This document shows positions 14,297 through 26,800 of a stretch of 64,000 nucleotides of DNA, one piece after another. Position numbers and translations under genes: made by a program. The stretch is taken from positions 744,001 to 808,000 of the forward strand of contig OZ237758.1 of the NCBI GenBank assembly GCA_965178125.1. The letters run 5' to 3'. Source of the DNA: Bilabrum cf. latius. Taxonomy: Eukaryota. The stretch's first letter is position 1, and each line of letters opens with the position of its first letter. Under the pieces are notes generated by a model. The model worked only from the letters and a program-made list of their open reading frames with translations, did no database searches and was not told the DNA's origin.

Positions 14297-15046
14297 TCAT
14301 TTTGTGTGACGGCGCACGCATCCGATCCAACGGGATGACCAGAACGGGCACCAACCAAGGTAGCACTGAGCCAGGTTCTCATGGCTCGTTGCCTGCAGCA
14401 CCAATCGCTGCACCTGCTCGTTCACTCCCAGCCTCTCATCTCGGGAGAAATCGCGACCAGTCAACTTCGCCTATACCCTCGCCACCACGGACACGGCCCT
14501 CTGGTTGAGCTCCTCGGGCTTGGCCTCTTCTCCCTCGGGTCCCAGCAGAGACTGCAACTGTCTCTCCATGTCGCCCCTGTTGGCGTGCACAGATGCCGCC
14601 AGGCTCCGTGCATCCATGCCCTTGGCGCTGACACCTGCCTTCTCGGCTGCCTGCTGCATGGCGCTCTCTGTGATCATGCGGGCTCCGGCCGGCCTTGCAT
14701 CCGATGATGAGTCGGCCTTGCCAGCCCCAGATGCCGCCCCGCCGCCCGTCCCGCTGCCCTTCCCAGCAGAGCTGGCGGCGCTGCCTGACGCGCCGCTAGC
14801 AACACTACCTGCTGCCTTGGCTCCCGCCCCGGCAGCCCCGCCTTCCCCGTTCTTCTGCTGCTGCTGCTGCTTGGTGTGCAGGATGGCTCCGGACCGGCGA
14901 TCCAGCATGAGGTTGCTGGGGTGCCTGTCGCCCAGACCCAGGATGTAGCCGACCACAGACATGACTGCGAGTGTGCGCGTGTACAGGGTACGTCGGCGTA
15001 ATCGTCTTCGTACCGTCGCCAGGCAAACCAGGTCGCCCCTTCGCAT
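14297..15046 (-). pseudogene. Partial, internally deleted duplicate of the TOR 3' end (homology 14338-14995); pseudogene or short expressed ORF
   Basis: Direct repeat of 20812-21706 with 9 substitutions. Bases 21341-21585 are replaced by an 8-nt filler (net -237 nt, in frame). Keeps DRHPSN and FATC, loses DFG. ATG at 15046; the TOR stop is lost and the next TGA is at 14297. Confidence 0.85.
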
Positions 15047-15300
15047 TTATACGGTTATGTTTTACAATAAATCATATTTCGGATGATTGCCGCATTTTGT
15101 CCACCATACGCACACGAAAGCGCAAAGTCGCGAGCTTTGCTAGTCAATTTAGCGGTTATAATTTATCGGAGCCTACGTGCGACTATACACTTCGCGCGTG
15201 GCGCTTTCACCCGCCGTAGAGAGCAACGCAGGAACTCGAACGCCAACCTAAACGCACTTCCTTGGATAAAACTGAGGCTTTCGACCTCTGACCGCGTAGT

Positions 15301-18300
15301 ATGGAAGATACAGGTGCGAACGGTGGGCGATTGAGAAGGTCATGACTGGCTGCTTGAGGCCAATAGCATGAACTATGTATTGCCACTGTCAAACGTCCTC
15401 CATCTTGTTGCTGCACTTCCACCATATGATCGCTCGCTCTATCGCAGACAGTGTTTCCAATACAAAAGATCAAGCTGGCACTTCCTTTACTACCCTAGTG
15501 GAGGGGTCTAACTTGCACAATTGCGCTGCATCAGAATATATAGGAATTTCATCTGGGCCGACAACTTCATCACATGGATTCTCTGTTGGAGTTCCGTTAG
15601 CAGCTCGGGGCACCAGCACAGGCAGACAGGACACTGTTGAAGATAATGCAAGATCCGATGGCTCACCAGAGAGTTGCAGTGCTGGAGGCTTGCCTAGCAC
15701 GGCAAGCAAGTCCGGCTCGGTTGGGTAGTCTGGCACGGTAAGCGAATCTGGCACGGTGTATGTTCCACGTCCTTCGGGAGGGAAACTACCAGCGATGCAG
15801 CCGGCTGGAGCGGGCGCTGGTGGGGCTGACCAACCCACCGGAGCGACTGAGGGAGGCAGTGTTGGAGGCTTGCCTGGCACGGCAAGCAAGTCTGGCTCGG
15901 TTGGGCAGTCTGGCACGGCAAGCGAATCTGGCACGGTGTATGTTCCACGTCCTTCGGGAGGGAAACTACCAGCGATGCAGCCGCCCGGGGCGGGTGCTGG
16001 TGGGGCTGACCAACCCACCGGAGCGACTGAGGGAGGCAGTGCAGGGGGCAAGTCAGCTGCTAGGTCTAGTGCTTTACTCCGGCCACGACATGCAGCTTCA
16101 GGGGCTGGGGCCGGTGACTCGATCGGTCATGGTGTTTTTAGTGGCCCTCCGGTACCAGACGCAGCTAGGGCCCTCAGCAGCGCTGCTGTTGCTCGTAGAG
16201 ACGAATCGTAGACTGGTCATGCGATCAGTGTGGAGACAGGTCATTCGGTGGGGCGCCAGCCCGCCTTCGAGGCCGCCAAGCGCATTGTGGCGCTGTTGCC
16301 ATACCAGGTGAAAGAACGCAAGGAAGAGCTGGAAAGGATCGGGACTCTTTTCAGCCAGGACGTCGAGAAGGTGCTGGAGAGCTTCCCCGAAGTCGAGTTG
16401 GAATGGTGGAATAGACATACGCCTCGTGGATTCACCACGGAGGATATCACGAAGATCAAGCATCTTACCGGTCTCGAGCGTAAGGACGGCGGTGCTGCTG
16501 GTGGAATCAAGTTTGTGCATGACAAGCTTGGACTCTTCCTCAAATTCGCGTTTGATCAGGAGGGCATCTACGGCAGCACTCGGATGGCGGCCAAGGCGGC
16601 CAAGCGGGAGGCAGCTGCGAGTCGGTGGGTGCATGCCATGGACAGCGTGCATGTCTCCACGCCTCTGCTAGAATGCGTGGATCTGCCGTTGCAGGTCAGC
16701 GGTGGAAAGTCTGTGGTCATCCGTGTGCAGGTATTTGCCAAGGTTGACGTGGTCAAGACTTCAACCGAAGGGCTAAGCAAAACAGCCATGTATGCCTAGC
16801 GGTATTATGAAGCGCACGTCTATGGCAGGCCTGAGGATCGCAGTGCAGTTGCAGAGGCTTCATCCGTGCCTGACTCGAAACCTCTGAGCGATGACCAAGG
16901 GCGGATACGCTAGGCACCGAGTCTTGCTCGCGGCTCAAGCTCCGGGATTATGGCAGGGGCTGATGCCTTGGATGGCGATGATGCTCTCATGACAATTCGC
17001 ATCGGTTCCCCTGACGCGCTAGTGACTATGCACATAGATGAAGAACAGCAGTAGGATGTAGTGCAGCCACTGTAGGCGCATTTTTACCTGGCAAAGCACA
17101 GATTGCGAGCAGGGCGAAGATAGCCAAAGCAGTGGGTGCAGCACTCGTACCTTGCTAGTGAAGGTAGCCGTTTGCGTGGGAGCAGCAGTCAAGCTGCCTC
17201 CGCAGCTGCTGCAGGCCACAATGCAGACGAAGGTAGATTTAGAAGCATTTTTGACGAGTTCGAAGTACTTCGTAGAAAGTACGCACCAGACGATGAGATA
17301 CTTGGCAGTGTTTTGACTGTGTGTGACCATGAACAACTGCTCGACGAGAACGTGGACATGAGCGGCAGCGCGCTCGAGAGCCAGTTGGAAGCAGCCGTGT
17401 ATACCGCGGTACGAGACTTCAAAGCAGACCTCAGCCTGCAGATGAGCCCTGCCCGGCACGAATGCGGAAAGCTTCCGGCAGGTGGCAAAAAGCCTGATAG
17501 TGTGCATCTGCCGTTCGATGTAGAGGTTCATCAGCTGCCAAGCGGACAGCGCATGGTGCTGGATACGCACCGACTGCTACTGCCGGACATCCCGTGGATA
17601 AATTGGATAGATTCGAACGAAGCTTCTCCTCGAGTGTGGGCGGTATCTGGAGGAAAGAGTCCCACGGTATTCCGAGGGATGCTACGTTCGCATTGTGAGG
17701 TTAGACGGCGTGGAATACCCGATCTGGAGACCGTGTGCGAGGCGCTGAACTAGTGGAAGGATGCCAACGAAATTGCTCCGGCTGCATAGTTTTAGGTAGA
17801 AACGGCGTTGGATATCGCCGATGCAGGGTGCGTTGTTGCCAGGGCTTGCGCTGCACGGGACTGCAAACTGGTAGCGATCGTGTCGTGCCCTTCTTGGTAC
17901 TACCGGAAGAGCTCGCATTTGACCTGCCTACTTCCACCAGAGGCCGCCAAGGTCGTAAAGGAGCTTTCTAGTGGTTCGACACGATCTAGCATTAGCCCTG
18001 ATACTCTTCTCGACGACGCTTACAAGGCCGGGGCACTTGCTTCAGAGCCTCTGCTTGACCTGTTGTACGATTCAGTAGTTACTAGAGCCAGGCCTGACGA
18101 GCAGATTGAGAAGGGCATCGCTGAGTGCGATTCCCTTGCCGACGTGAGGAGCGCCCTGAAGAAAGCCATGCACGACGTTGGTTTGGGGTTGAGGCATACT
18201 CGGCTGGTCATCCCGCATCTGCAGAATCCCGCTACGCGGAAGCGAGTGGTTGAAGCTTTATGGTTTGGCAGCAGCCATGTGGGACAACATACCAAGAAGA

Positions 18301-20576
18301 GCATGCTGTCCTCCCCACTGCTGCAGATTGAAGGTGTTGACCGTCGCATTGTGTCCAAGATGGTGCAGGCTGCTTGCCTGTATGCCTCTAAGGGGATCGA
18401 GCTGGACTGGGCGGATGAAAAGAGCATTCTACCCTATGTGCATGCGAGTGAAGCTCAGTCAAAATCACTTCCTGAGCGCGGTCAGTGTGCCGGAGTTTCC
18501 ATGGCGCAGGAAGCTGGACCTGGTAGCATGGAATCGAAGGAGGCTGCGAGGACCTTGATAAGCGAGCTAGCTCACGTGTAGAGAGTAGGGGGTAGCGGTG
18601 AGCCGGATGTCCTGAAGTCGCTGTGCACCTTTTCAAAACAGTCAGCCAGCCTAGATCGCTTTAGGCTGGTGTGTCTGACTCGGCGGGCACAGATGTCGCT
18701 GGCTGGTATGGATGGGGGAGTCTCTGTTGTGCAGTGGATCCATGCTATTGCACAGTACTGGTCCAACCACGGCGGCCTTCAGAAAGCCATGAAGCTATCC
18801 GACCTTGCACTGAAAGTTCAGGAAGAGGAGTTCGGTGGGACTGTCCACCGTGACTACATTCGAGCACTGCAGCAGAAGTCGAATTGCCTCCAGCTGCTCA
18901 AAGGGAGTATTGACGACGCCGTTGCTCTTTTGCGGGAAGCAGAGGACAAGATCAAGATGCTTGAGCGTGAAAGCGATCGCAATGAGCTGCGAGGGTCCAT
19001 CTTGGAGGATTTGGGCTCGTGCTACATAACCAAAGAGGATTTCAAAAGTGCTGAGCGTACGTACAGTGACTGCGCCAAGCACTGGAGAGAGACACGGGGT
19101 GAAGGCTCGCGGGAGCATGCAAGGTCCCTGGTACTGTTGGCCGATAGCCTCGCTAGGCAGGGCACTCAGGAGAAGTACAGCGAGGCCATCCGGCTGTACG
19201 AGGAGTGCAGCGAGATGCAGGAGGCCATGGTTGGACGAGAACACGCGGACTATGCCACCACTCTGCACAAGTGGGCCAACTGCCAATGGCACCACTGGAG
19301 GCCTACGTATCGAGAAGGGTAGAAACGGCTGGCCTGTCTGCGCTACAAGGGCAGAGAATACAAGCCCCATTGGCACACTACAGTCGATGCCATGCCCGAG
19401 TTGTTGGAAGGAAAGGCCGGTCAAGCCCGCAGTATGATGGACGAAGCCAGCAAGATGCAGGAAGAGTGCCTCAGGATTCGCAAGAAGCTTCTTGGGGAGA
19501 AGCATCCTGACTGCATCAACACAATGTTGAGTTTGGCGAGCAACCTGTCTTGGATGGGCCGCTTTGATGAGTCGTACGAATAGGAGAAACGATGCCTTTC
19601 GATTATGCGGGACACTTGGGGAGAGATGCACCCCTAGTTCACTGGTAGCTTGCGGAGGCTGTGGATGCTCATAGCACGACCGGAAGGGCGGCGAATTTTG
19701 ATCTAGAAAGGCTACAACTGGGATAAGCTGCGCACCGAAATGCACGAGCTCGATCGGGAACGGGAGGACATTCTTGCCCAACACCGCATCCAGAAGAAGA
19801 TCATGGAGTGCTTCCGGGCGCCATCGATGGAGGATGCCCCAGTAACAGCGAGCCAATTCGAGGCGGAGTATCGCAGGCGGTCTCCTGAGGACCGTGGGTC
19901 GCTGCCGGAGCAGCTGTCTCGTATACAGCGCTTGACTAGACAAAGTCGCGGCACAATGGTGGGAATCCTGGAAGACATGGCCGCGCAAGGACTCCTGCAG
20001 CGGCTCAAACATGACGATGGTAGCTCACCTGATCGATATAGACAAGCAGTTGGCGGTCGACAGACCCTCTTTGATGGCATCGGGCTAGGCAGTGGCGAAG
20101 ATGAGGCACAAACTGAAATAGCAAGTGGCAAGGACTTTTCAAAGGCTGATGCTTCCCAGGATTGGAGGGTTTCATCTCCTATTCCGGTTGGTCATGCCCG
20201 AGCCCCGCAGGCATCGGGAGGAGCGGCAGGCGGCACCTTGCCTTCAGGCGGCCCCCACAGGCGCAGTCCCGAACGGGTCGGCAGGGCAGAGAGCAAGACG
20301 AGATCGGGAGCCGGTGGCTCAATCAGAGCGAGCGGCCGCGCTCCTGGGACGGCCGCTTCATCTACTCCCGGCAGCTAGAGGCGAGCGCCTGGCACGGCCA
20401 CTTCATCTACTTCCGGCAGCTGGAGGCGAGCGTAGCCGGGCGCGCGGGACGCTGACAGGGAGTCAAAGACGGTGATGGGCCACGCGTCTACTTTCGGTGG
20501 CCGGCGAGGCAGGGGGCGGGCCAGAGGTCGCGGTAGAAGCCGTGGCAATGGCAAGAGAGGGGGATACATTTGGTAA
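15301..20576 (+). CDS. Clu (clustered-mitochondria)-domain protein with kinesin-light-chain-type TPR repeats and an RG-rich C-terminus; 17 in-frame TAG; ends TAA
   Basis: Eight ORF pieces from 15375 to 20378 are in one frame, joined only by TAG. Likely short exon 1 from ATG 15301 with acceptor at 15447. Clu-like motifs GGIKFVHDKLGLFLKFAFDQEGIYGSTRMAAKAAKRE, PFDVEVHQLPSGQRMVLDTHRLLLP, MHDVGLGLRH. TPR motifs GREHADYATTLHKWA, LLGEKHPDCINTMLSLA. TAA at 20574 is followed by AT-rich sequence. Confidence 0.75.
15676..16042 (+). repeat. 180-bp (60-codon) tandem duplication inside the Clu-TPR gene
   Basis: 15676-15855 and 15856-16035 are near-identical; TAG at 15726 aligns with CAG at 15906. Confidence 0.95.
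20343..20432 (+). repeat. 45-bp tandem duplication near the Clu-TPR 3' end
   Basis: cctgggacggccgcttcatctactcccggcagctagaggcgagcg is followed by cctggcacggccacttcatctacttccggcagctggaggcgagcg. Confidence 0.9.
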
Positions 20577-20809
20577 GCGAACTTCATTTGCTATGATTAT
20601 CAGCTTTACACATTTTATTCATAAAATTGTGCGTGTTGATCTGGATCTGATCCGATCAGAATAGAACCAACGAATCCAACGTCTCACTTCAAAATCACCA
20701 AGGTGTTACTACAGTACCTTTGGGCATCCGGATGCGCTCTACAGGTAGCATGTTATCCCTGTGAAATTGCACACGCTTACATCCGGCTTTGCATCCATCG
20801 GATGTAGCT

Positions 20810-23800
20810 TCACCAGAACGGGCACCAACCAAGGTAGCACTGAGCCAGGTTCTCATGGCTCGTTGCCTGCAGCACCAATCGCTGCACCTGCTCGTTCACT
20901 CCCAGCCTCTCATCTCGGGAGAAATCACGACCAGTCAACTTCGCCTATACCCTCGCCACCACGGACACAGCCCTCTGGTTGAGCTCCTCGGGCTTGGCCT
21001 CTTCTCCCTCGGGTCCCAGCAGAGACTGCAACTGTCTCTCCATGTCGCCCCTGTTGGCGTGCACAGATGCCGCCAGGCTCCGTGCATCCATGCCCTTGGC
21101 GCTGACACCTGCCTTCTCGGCTGCCTGCTGCATGGCGCTCTCTGTGATCATGCGGGCTCCGGCCGGCCTTGCATCCGATGATGAGTCGGCCTTGCCAGCC
21201 CCAGACGCCGCCCCGCCGCCCGCACCGCTGCCCTTCCCAGCAGAGCTGGCGGCGCTGCCTGACGCGCCGCTAGCAACACTACCTGCTGCCTTGGCTCCCG
21301 CCCCGGCAGCCCCGCCTTCCCCGTTCTTCTGCTGCTGCTGGGCGTCGTCTCCCCGAAGCAGTCTCCAGTTGATCAGCGGGTCGTGCACAAACGCCTCAAG
21401 CATGGCCATCACGCTGCTCTCGTTGGCTCGCACCACCTGCATGGTGGCCTCTGCAGTGGCCCTGTACGCGCCCTCGATGCCGCATGCCTCCATGGCCTTG
21501 ACCAGCATCCTGGTGAGTCGGAAGGGAATCATCTCTGGGAACTTCTCGCGGGTCATGGCCACCTCGAAGCAGTCGCCGAAGTCGATGTGCAGGATGGCCC
21601 CGGACCGGCGATCCAGCATGAGGTTGCTGGGGTGCCTATCGCCAAGACCCAGGATGTAGCCGACCACGGACATGACTGCGAGTGTGCGCGTGTACAGGGT
21701 ACGTCGCCCCAGCCACACCTCGGACGAGTTCGATTTGAGCCACAGGACCCTGCGAATGTCCTGGCCCTGTGTCTCATCCAGCGCGTGCGTGAACACTTCC
21801 ACCTTGTGCAGCAGTGACATGGTCTCGTACATGGGTGCCATGCGGTACATGAGCTGCCTCTCAACGTCCAAGCTGATGCGGTTCAGCTTGCGGTACTCTT
21901 TGATCAGCACGTGCAGCGTGTCGCAGTTGGGCACCCAGCCCACGATCCCCACGTTGTGCGAGAGCGGCGTGACTGCGTACCGACGGATCGCGAGGCCCTT
22001 GCGCGCCGTACCGCTGTTGTTGGCCAGCAGAGAGTTGATCAGGCCAAAGAGCTGCATGGCGCGCTCATCCTGCCTAAGGTCCTCGTGCCCCTTGAGCAAG
22101 AATGCATAGCGGCGGCCATCCGAGCCGAACACCACGATCTTCCTCGGGCGCTGCTTGCTGGTGATCACGGTGACGTGAGGCGCAAAGCCGGCGATCCGGA
22201 CCATCCTCTCGCTGCCGCTCCACGTCGTGCTGCTGCCTCCACCCATGCCATCGCTGCTCCCCCCTCCTCCACGACGGCTGGACGTACCTCCCGCGGAAAG
22301 CCCCGGGGCCATTGCCGCCAGCGCCTCGTGGGCTCGAGCACCGCCCCGCCTAGCCCGGAGACTTGCACTGCCACGCCCCAGCCCAGCCTCCTCCGCCAGC
22401 TCGGGCAGGATGGAACCCGGGATCAGCTCGTCCTCGTGGTCAATGTCGCTCTCCGCGAGGAAGGCCGCCATGCGTTCCGTCCTGCTCGTGCCCACGCCCT
22501 CTCCGTCGAGTCCCCTTCGGGCCATCTCCTCCGCAGCCCAGGAAGCCGCTGCGCCAGCCGCCGTGTAGGTGCCAGGCACGGCCAGCTCCAAGCCCTGGGC
22601 GGCAAGCAGCGTGGGCGATGTCTCGTGCAGCTTGAGCTGCGTGATCTTCGCCATGTACTTGTTGATCTGGTTGTACACGTTGTGGTACAGCTCCCACGCC
22701 TTGTCTACATCGGCGCTTCTTCGCAGGTGCTGATACCGGAGCAGGTGCTTCACGGCGTCGTTGAGATCGTTGCCGAAATGTTGCAAAAATGCGGCATCCT
22801 GGATTGTCTCCGGCCCCTTGTGCATCTGCTGGTGCATGGGGATGAGCAGCTTAAGCATGGCCTGCTGGTCGTTCTCGTCGAAGTTGTGCTTGGCGGCATC
22901 CTCCAGCGCAGCCCGCCACTCCTCTGGCCATAGAATGGCAACTCGCATGAGCTCCCGGCTCACAGTCTCAGCCTCAAGGACCAGACGCGGCCAGTGCCGC
23001 CGGAGCTCCACAACGAGCGTTTCGCCAGCGGCCCGCCTCTCCGGACTTGACGAGTTGGAGGCGACAGTGAGCGGATACACGAGAGCCTGCGGGTGGTACC
23101 TGCCGATGCGCCCGAGCAGCCCGCGCAGTATGGCAGCGGTGTGCGGTTTTCTCGTGTCCACGCGAGCGATCAGCTGCGGAATGACCTGCAGCCAGGTCAC
23201 CACATCGACCCTTCGGATAGTGTCAGCCACGCACTCTCTGACGAGAGGCAGCTCACCTGTATCGAACCACAGAGTGAGGAGTCGGAGCAGGTCCTGCAGC
23301 ACGTGCGACTGCAGCTGCGCCCGTCCCAACACGATGCTGTGCCCGAAACCAGACACTGCAGCGCTGGCGTATCTCGCCACGACCCGCCCGGGCGCCTTGG
23401 CGCGGCGGAGCTGCTACGCCGAATAGAAGTTCGCGAGAGCCCATGCGTGCCAGGGTCCATAGCGGGTCGCGCCGCACGCCCTCGCCACCCGTAGGTGGCC
23501 CAGCACGGGTGCCATGAGCTGCTCGATCCTTCGAGTGGCTTGCTCGGGAGAGTACTGCCTGGCGTGCTCCCTCTCTTCCCTCCCGCCCTCCTGGTGAGGA
23601 CTGCCAGCCCCGAACGCCGCTGCGGCACCCACTGCACCCACTGGCCCGTCGTCGTCACCGCTGAACTTTCTACCGCTCTTGATGCGTCGGCCCGCCGGAA
23701 AGGTGACGCCGCCCACACCAACACCGGACGCAGTGTCGGGCCCAGCCACCTCTTGCACCCTGGACTCAACCAGCGACCGACGCCACTCGCCCAGCCGCAA

Positions 23801-26800
23801 GTGCGCCTTCACTCGCAGCGCCGTCTCGGCTGATTCGGGCAGTCGCTTCCCGGAGCCGAACCAGTACTGGGTCAGGTTCTTGCCCCTGGCCCTTGCTGCT
23901 CCAGCAGGAGAGCTGTAGCCGCCACTGGTCCCGATTCCCAGCAGTGGGACGGAAGGGGCCTGTCGCGAGACCGGCGTGCCGACAGCAGCCGTGCCCGCGC
24001 TGGATGCCTGAGGAGGTCCAGTGCCTTTGCCCCCGTCGGCCTCTTCTGCCACCATCGGCAGCACGTGCGTTCCGCGGCTGGAGCCACGACGGAGTACGAG
24101 CCGGTCACCGGAGGAAGCACCACCTGAAGGAACACCGCCCATGGCGGGAGACTGGCCCGCATGGCTAGAGCCGTCGGCAGCGGCAGGGGGCTAGGCCCAT
24201 GTGCCGTGGCCCGGCCCAGACACGAGCACGCCGCTCCTGCCCAACACGACGTCCCGCCAGTGGGGCACGGGCGGCGGATCCAGGCCGCGTCTGCGGTGCG
24301 CCCGCGTCTCCGCCACTGCGTCGAGGGCCGTGACGAGTGCAGACAGCCGCAGCACCGCCAGTTCCTTGAAATCGGATGCCCACAGCTGCTTGCAGTACGC
24401 GAGCACGATCTGCGGGTGGGGCGGAAGGGGCGATCCGGCCCTGGGTGCGCGCGCCGCGTCGTAGCCCGGCCCGCCCAGCCCAGTGACCACCCACCCGTCC
24501 TCAAAGAGCGCCTCGGGAAGACTGCCTGGGCCGCCAGGGGCGCCTTGCGGAGACATTGACATGGTGGCCGTGATGTCACCGAGGGCGCCCGCCGCCCTGC
24601 CATCCCCTGCGCTACCAGCAGCACCGCCAGACCGCCAGCTGCCGCCCTCCTGCTCCTTCGATTCCGGATCCGAGTCCGCTCCGGGGCCCCCTTCCTCCTC
24701 TCCAGGCACCTCGTTTCCGGGTCTTGATGCCGAGGCACGACCGGCCCCAGCGGTGGCGCTGGCGCCACCTTCGGACCCGCGCCTGTTCGCTTTCCCCACC
24801 GTGCTGGCGTAGTGGAAATGAATGGACATCCCGCCCGACAGATACTACTCCACAGACAGCATCGACCCGCCAGAGCCGTCCATACCCAGCGCGAGCAGCA
24901 TCCGGAAGCCCAGTGAGCTCTCACCGCTGCTGCGGCACAGTCCGGCGTACTTGAGCCAAGACTCGGACAGCTTGCCACCCTGAGGCACGAGAGCGCGGAC
25001 GGACAGCAGGCGCTGCCACACGTCCTGCCTGTGCTGGACACCCCGCAATCTGCGCTCCCACACAGCCTGCAGGTGGCTGGCATACTCCTGGGCCGCCATC
25101 CCGGCAGCGGTGGCAGCTCCCGCCATCGGCGTCGAGCGCTCGCCAAGCATCGCCGCTGCGGCTACAGGGCCAGCCAGCGCTTCGCCCGCATCCGCGGCGC
25201 ACGCGGCAGCGGAGGCCTGTAGCCTCTTGAGCGTGACAATCTCGTCCAGCTCAACTAGCTGCTGCGCCGTCACCACGTCACGGTACATGCGCCCGTACGA
25301 CTCGTTCTGCGCTGCCTGCATGCTTAGCTTGCCCGCCAGGACGTGTCTCGCCCTGTCGACGTACCTGGACGCTGCGCTGAGAGCGCCACGGTGTGTGGCG
25401 TGGATGGCGCGGTAGAAGAGGCCCTGCAGCGTGGATGAGTCGGTCCAGCGCATGTACTGGCCCATGTCGTCCCACAGGCCGAGCGCCCACGCGGCCTGCG
25501 TGCCCATGGCCGCCATCTTCTTGAGAGCCGCCTGGCTTCCCTGGCGCTCCGCCTCAAACCAGACCCCTTCGGCAACCGTGGCAAGCTCTCGCCACCGCCC
25601 CAGCTTCTGCAGGCACCGCATGCGACCCATGTACAGCTGGAAATCGTGCGGCCTCTCCTTGAGCCGCCGGTCGTAGAAATCGAGGGCGTTGCTCCACTGG
25701 CCCAGCTTCTCGTACCACCTCTCCTCCGAGTCAAAGACCCTGCGTCGATCGCCGGCACCGTCACCACTTGTTCCCTGAGAGGCAGCGAGATCCGCATCCA
25801 GATCATCGCGGGCCTCTGCCGCATCCTCCTCGTCAAGGTCCCAGCCTCGGGCGCCGAGCGGCTTGCCGCGCCCCCGCCTGGCCAGCTTGAGCAGACCCAC
25901 CGCTGCCTCTGGCTGCTCCAGCTGATTGTAGATGCTGATCAGATCGTCCACACAGCTGACGTCGCCCTGGTGCCACTGCACCTCGCGGTAGTGGAGTGCC
26001 TTCGCGTATGCCTCGCACTGCAGGGCAAGGTCACCGAGGTCCTGGATGCTGATCGACAGCGGCTTGTTGTCGTGCTCCATGAACTCTGCAAGGTTGAGCA
26101 GCCTGCGCAGCACGTCCTGAGGCGTGGAGTCGCTCCGCATCGCGACTTCAAGGGCCTCGCAGAGTGACCTCTGGTCGTCGGGGCCCATCTGCAGCCAGCA
26201 AGACACGAAAGCACCATCGAAGAGCTCCCTGGCGAGGGGCCGGATCACCTGTGCAACGGTGGCGCAGCTTCGCAGCGCGGCGTTGGGAGACTGCTGCAGC
26301 AACGACTTGGCAAGGTTCTGCATCCAGTCGCTCCAGTCGTCTGCCGTGGTGCGTCCCCGCGTGTCCCAGTTCTGCCGCAGCTGCTGCATCTGCACTGCCT
26401 ACGCCCGCATGTTGCCCCGCGCCGGCCTGGCAGGCTGGCCCGCGCCCTAGGGACCATTCTTCGCGGCATCGGCACGCTGCTGCGCCTCTGTCTGGAACCG
26501 CCTCGCGAAGGGAGACAGTCCGGGACCGATCCCCGCCTACACGGGGTCTGGCGGCAGCGGCCCTCCGTCGAGAAGTAGAGCCGCGAGCCGCTCAAAGGCG
26601 ACGTGCTTGAGGCCGTAGCCGCTAGCACCGGCTCCATACAGGTACTAGGCCCCAGACCCGCCGTCACCCCCCAAGTCGGCCGACCCGCCCGCAGCCGAGG
26701 AGGACGCGCCTGCCTCCAGCCCGATGCCCGGCTGCCCACGCAGCATCGCTCTGCGAATCAAAGGCAGATACACGACGAATTCCTCGCGCATCTGGCACAT

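Noticed and set aside
20574-20576. Ciliate-type code with both UAA and UAG as Gln
   Set aside because: No in-frame TAA in any gene model against ~90 TAG. TAA at 20574 precedes AT-rich UTR-like sequence, and TAA at 45425 is intronic. Only one TAA terminator is seen, so a genome-wide check is still needed.
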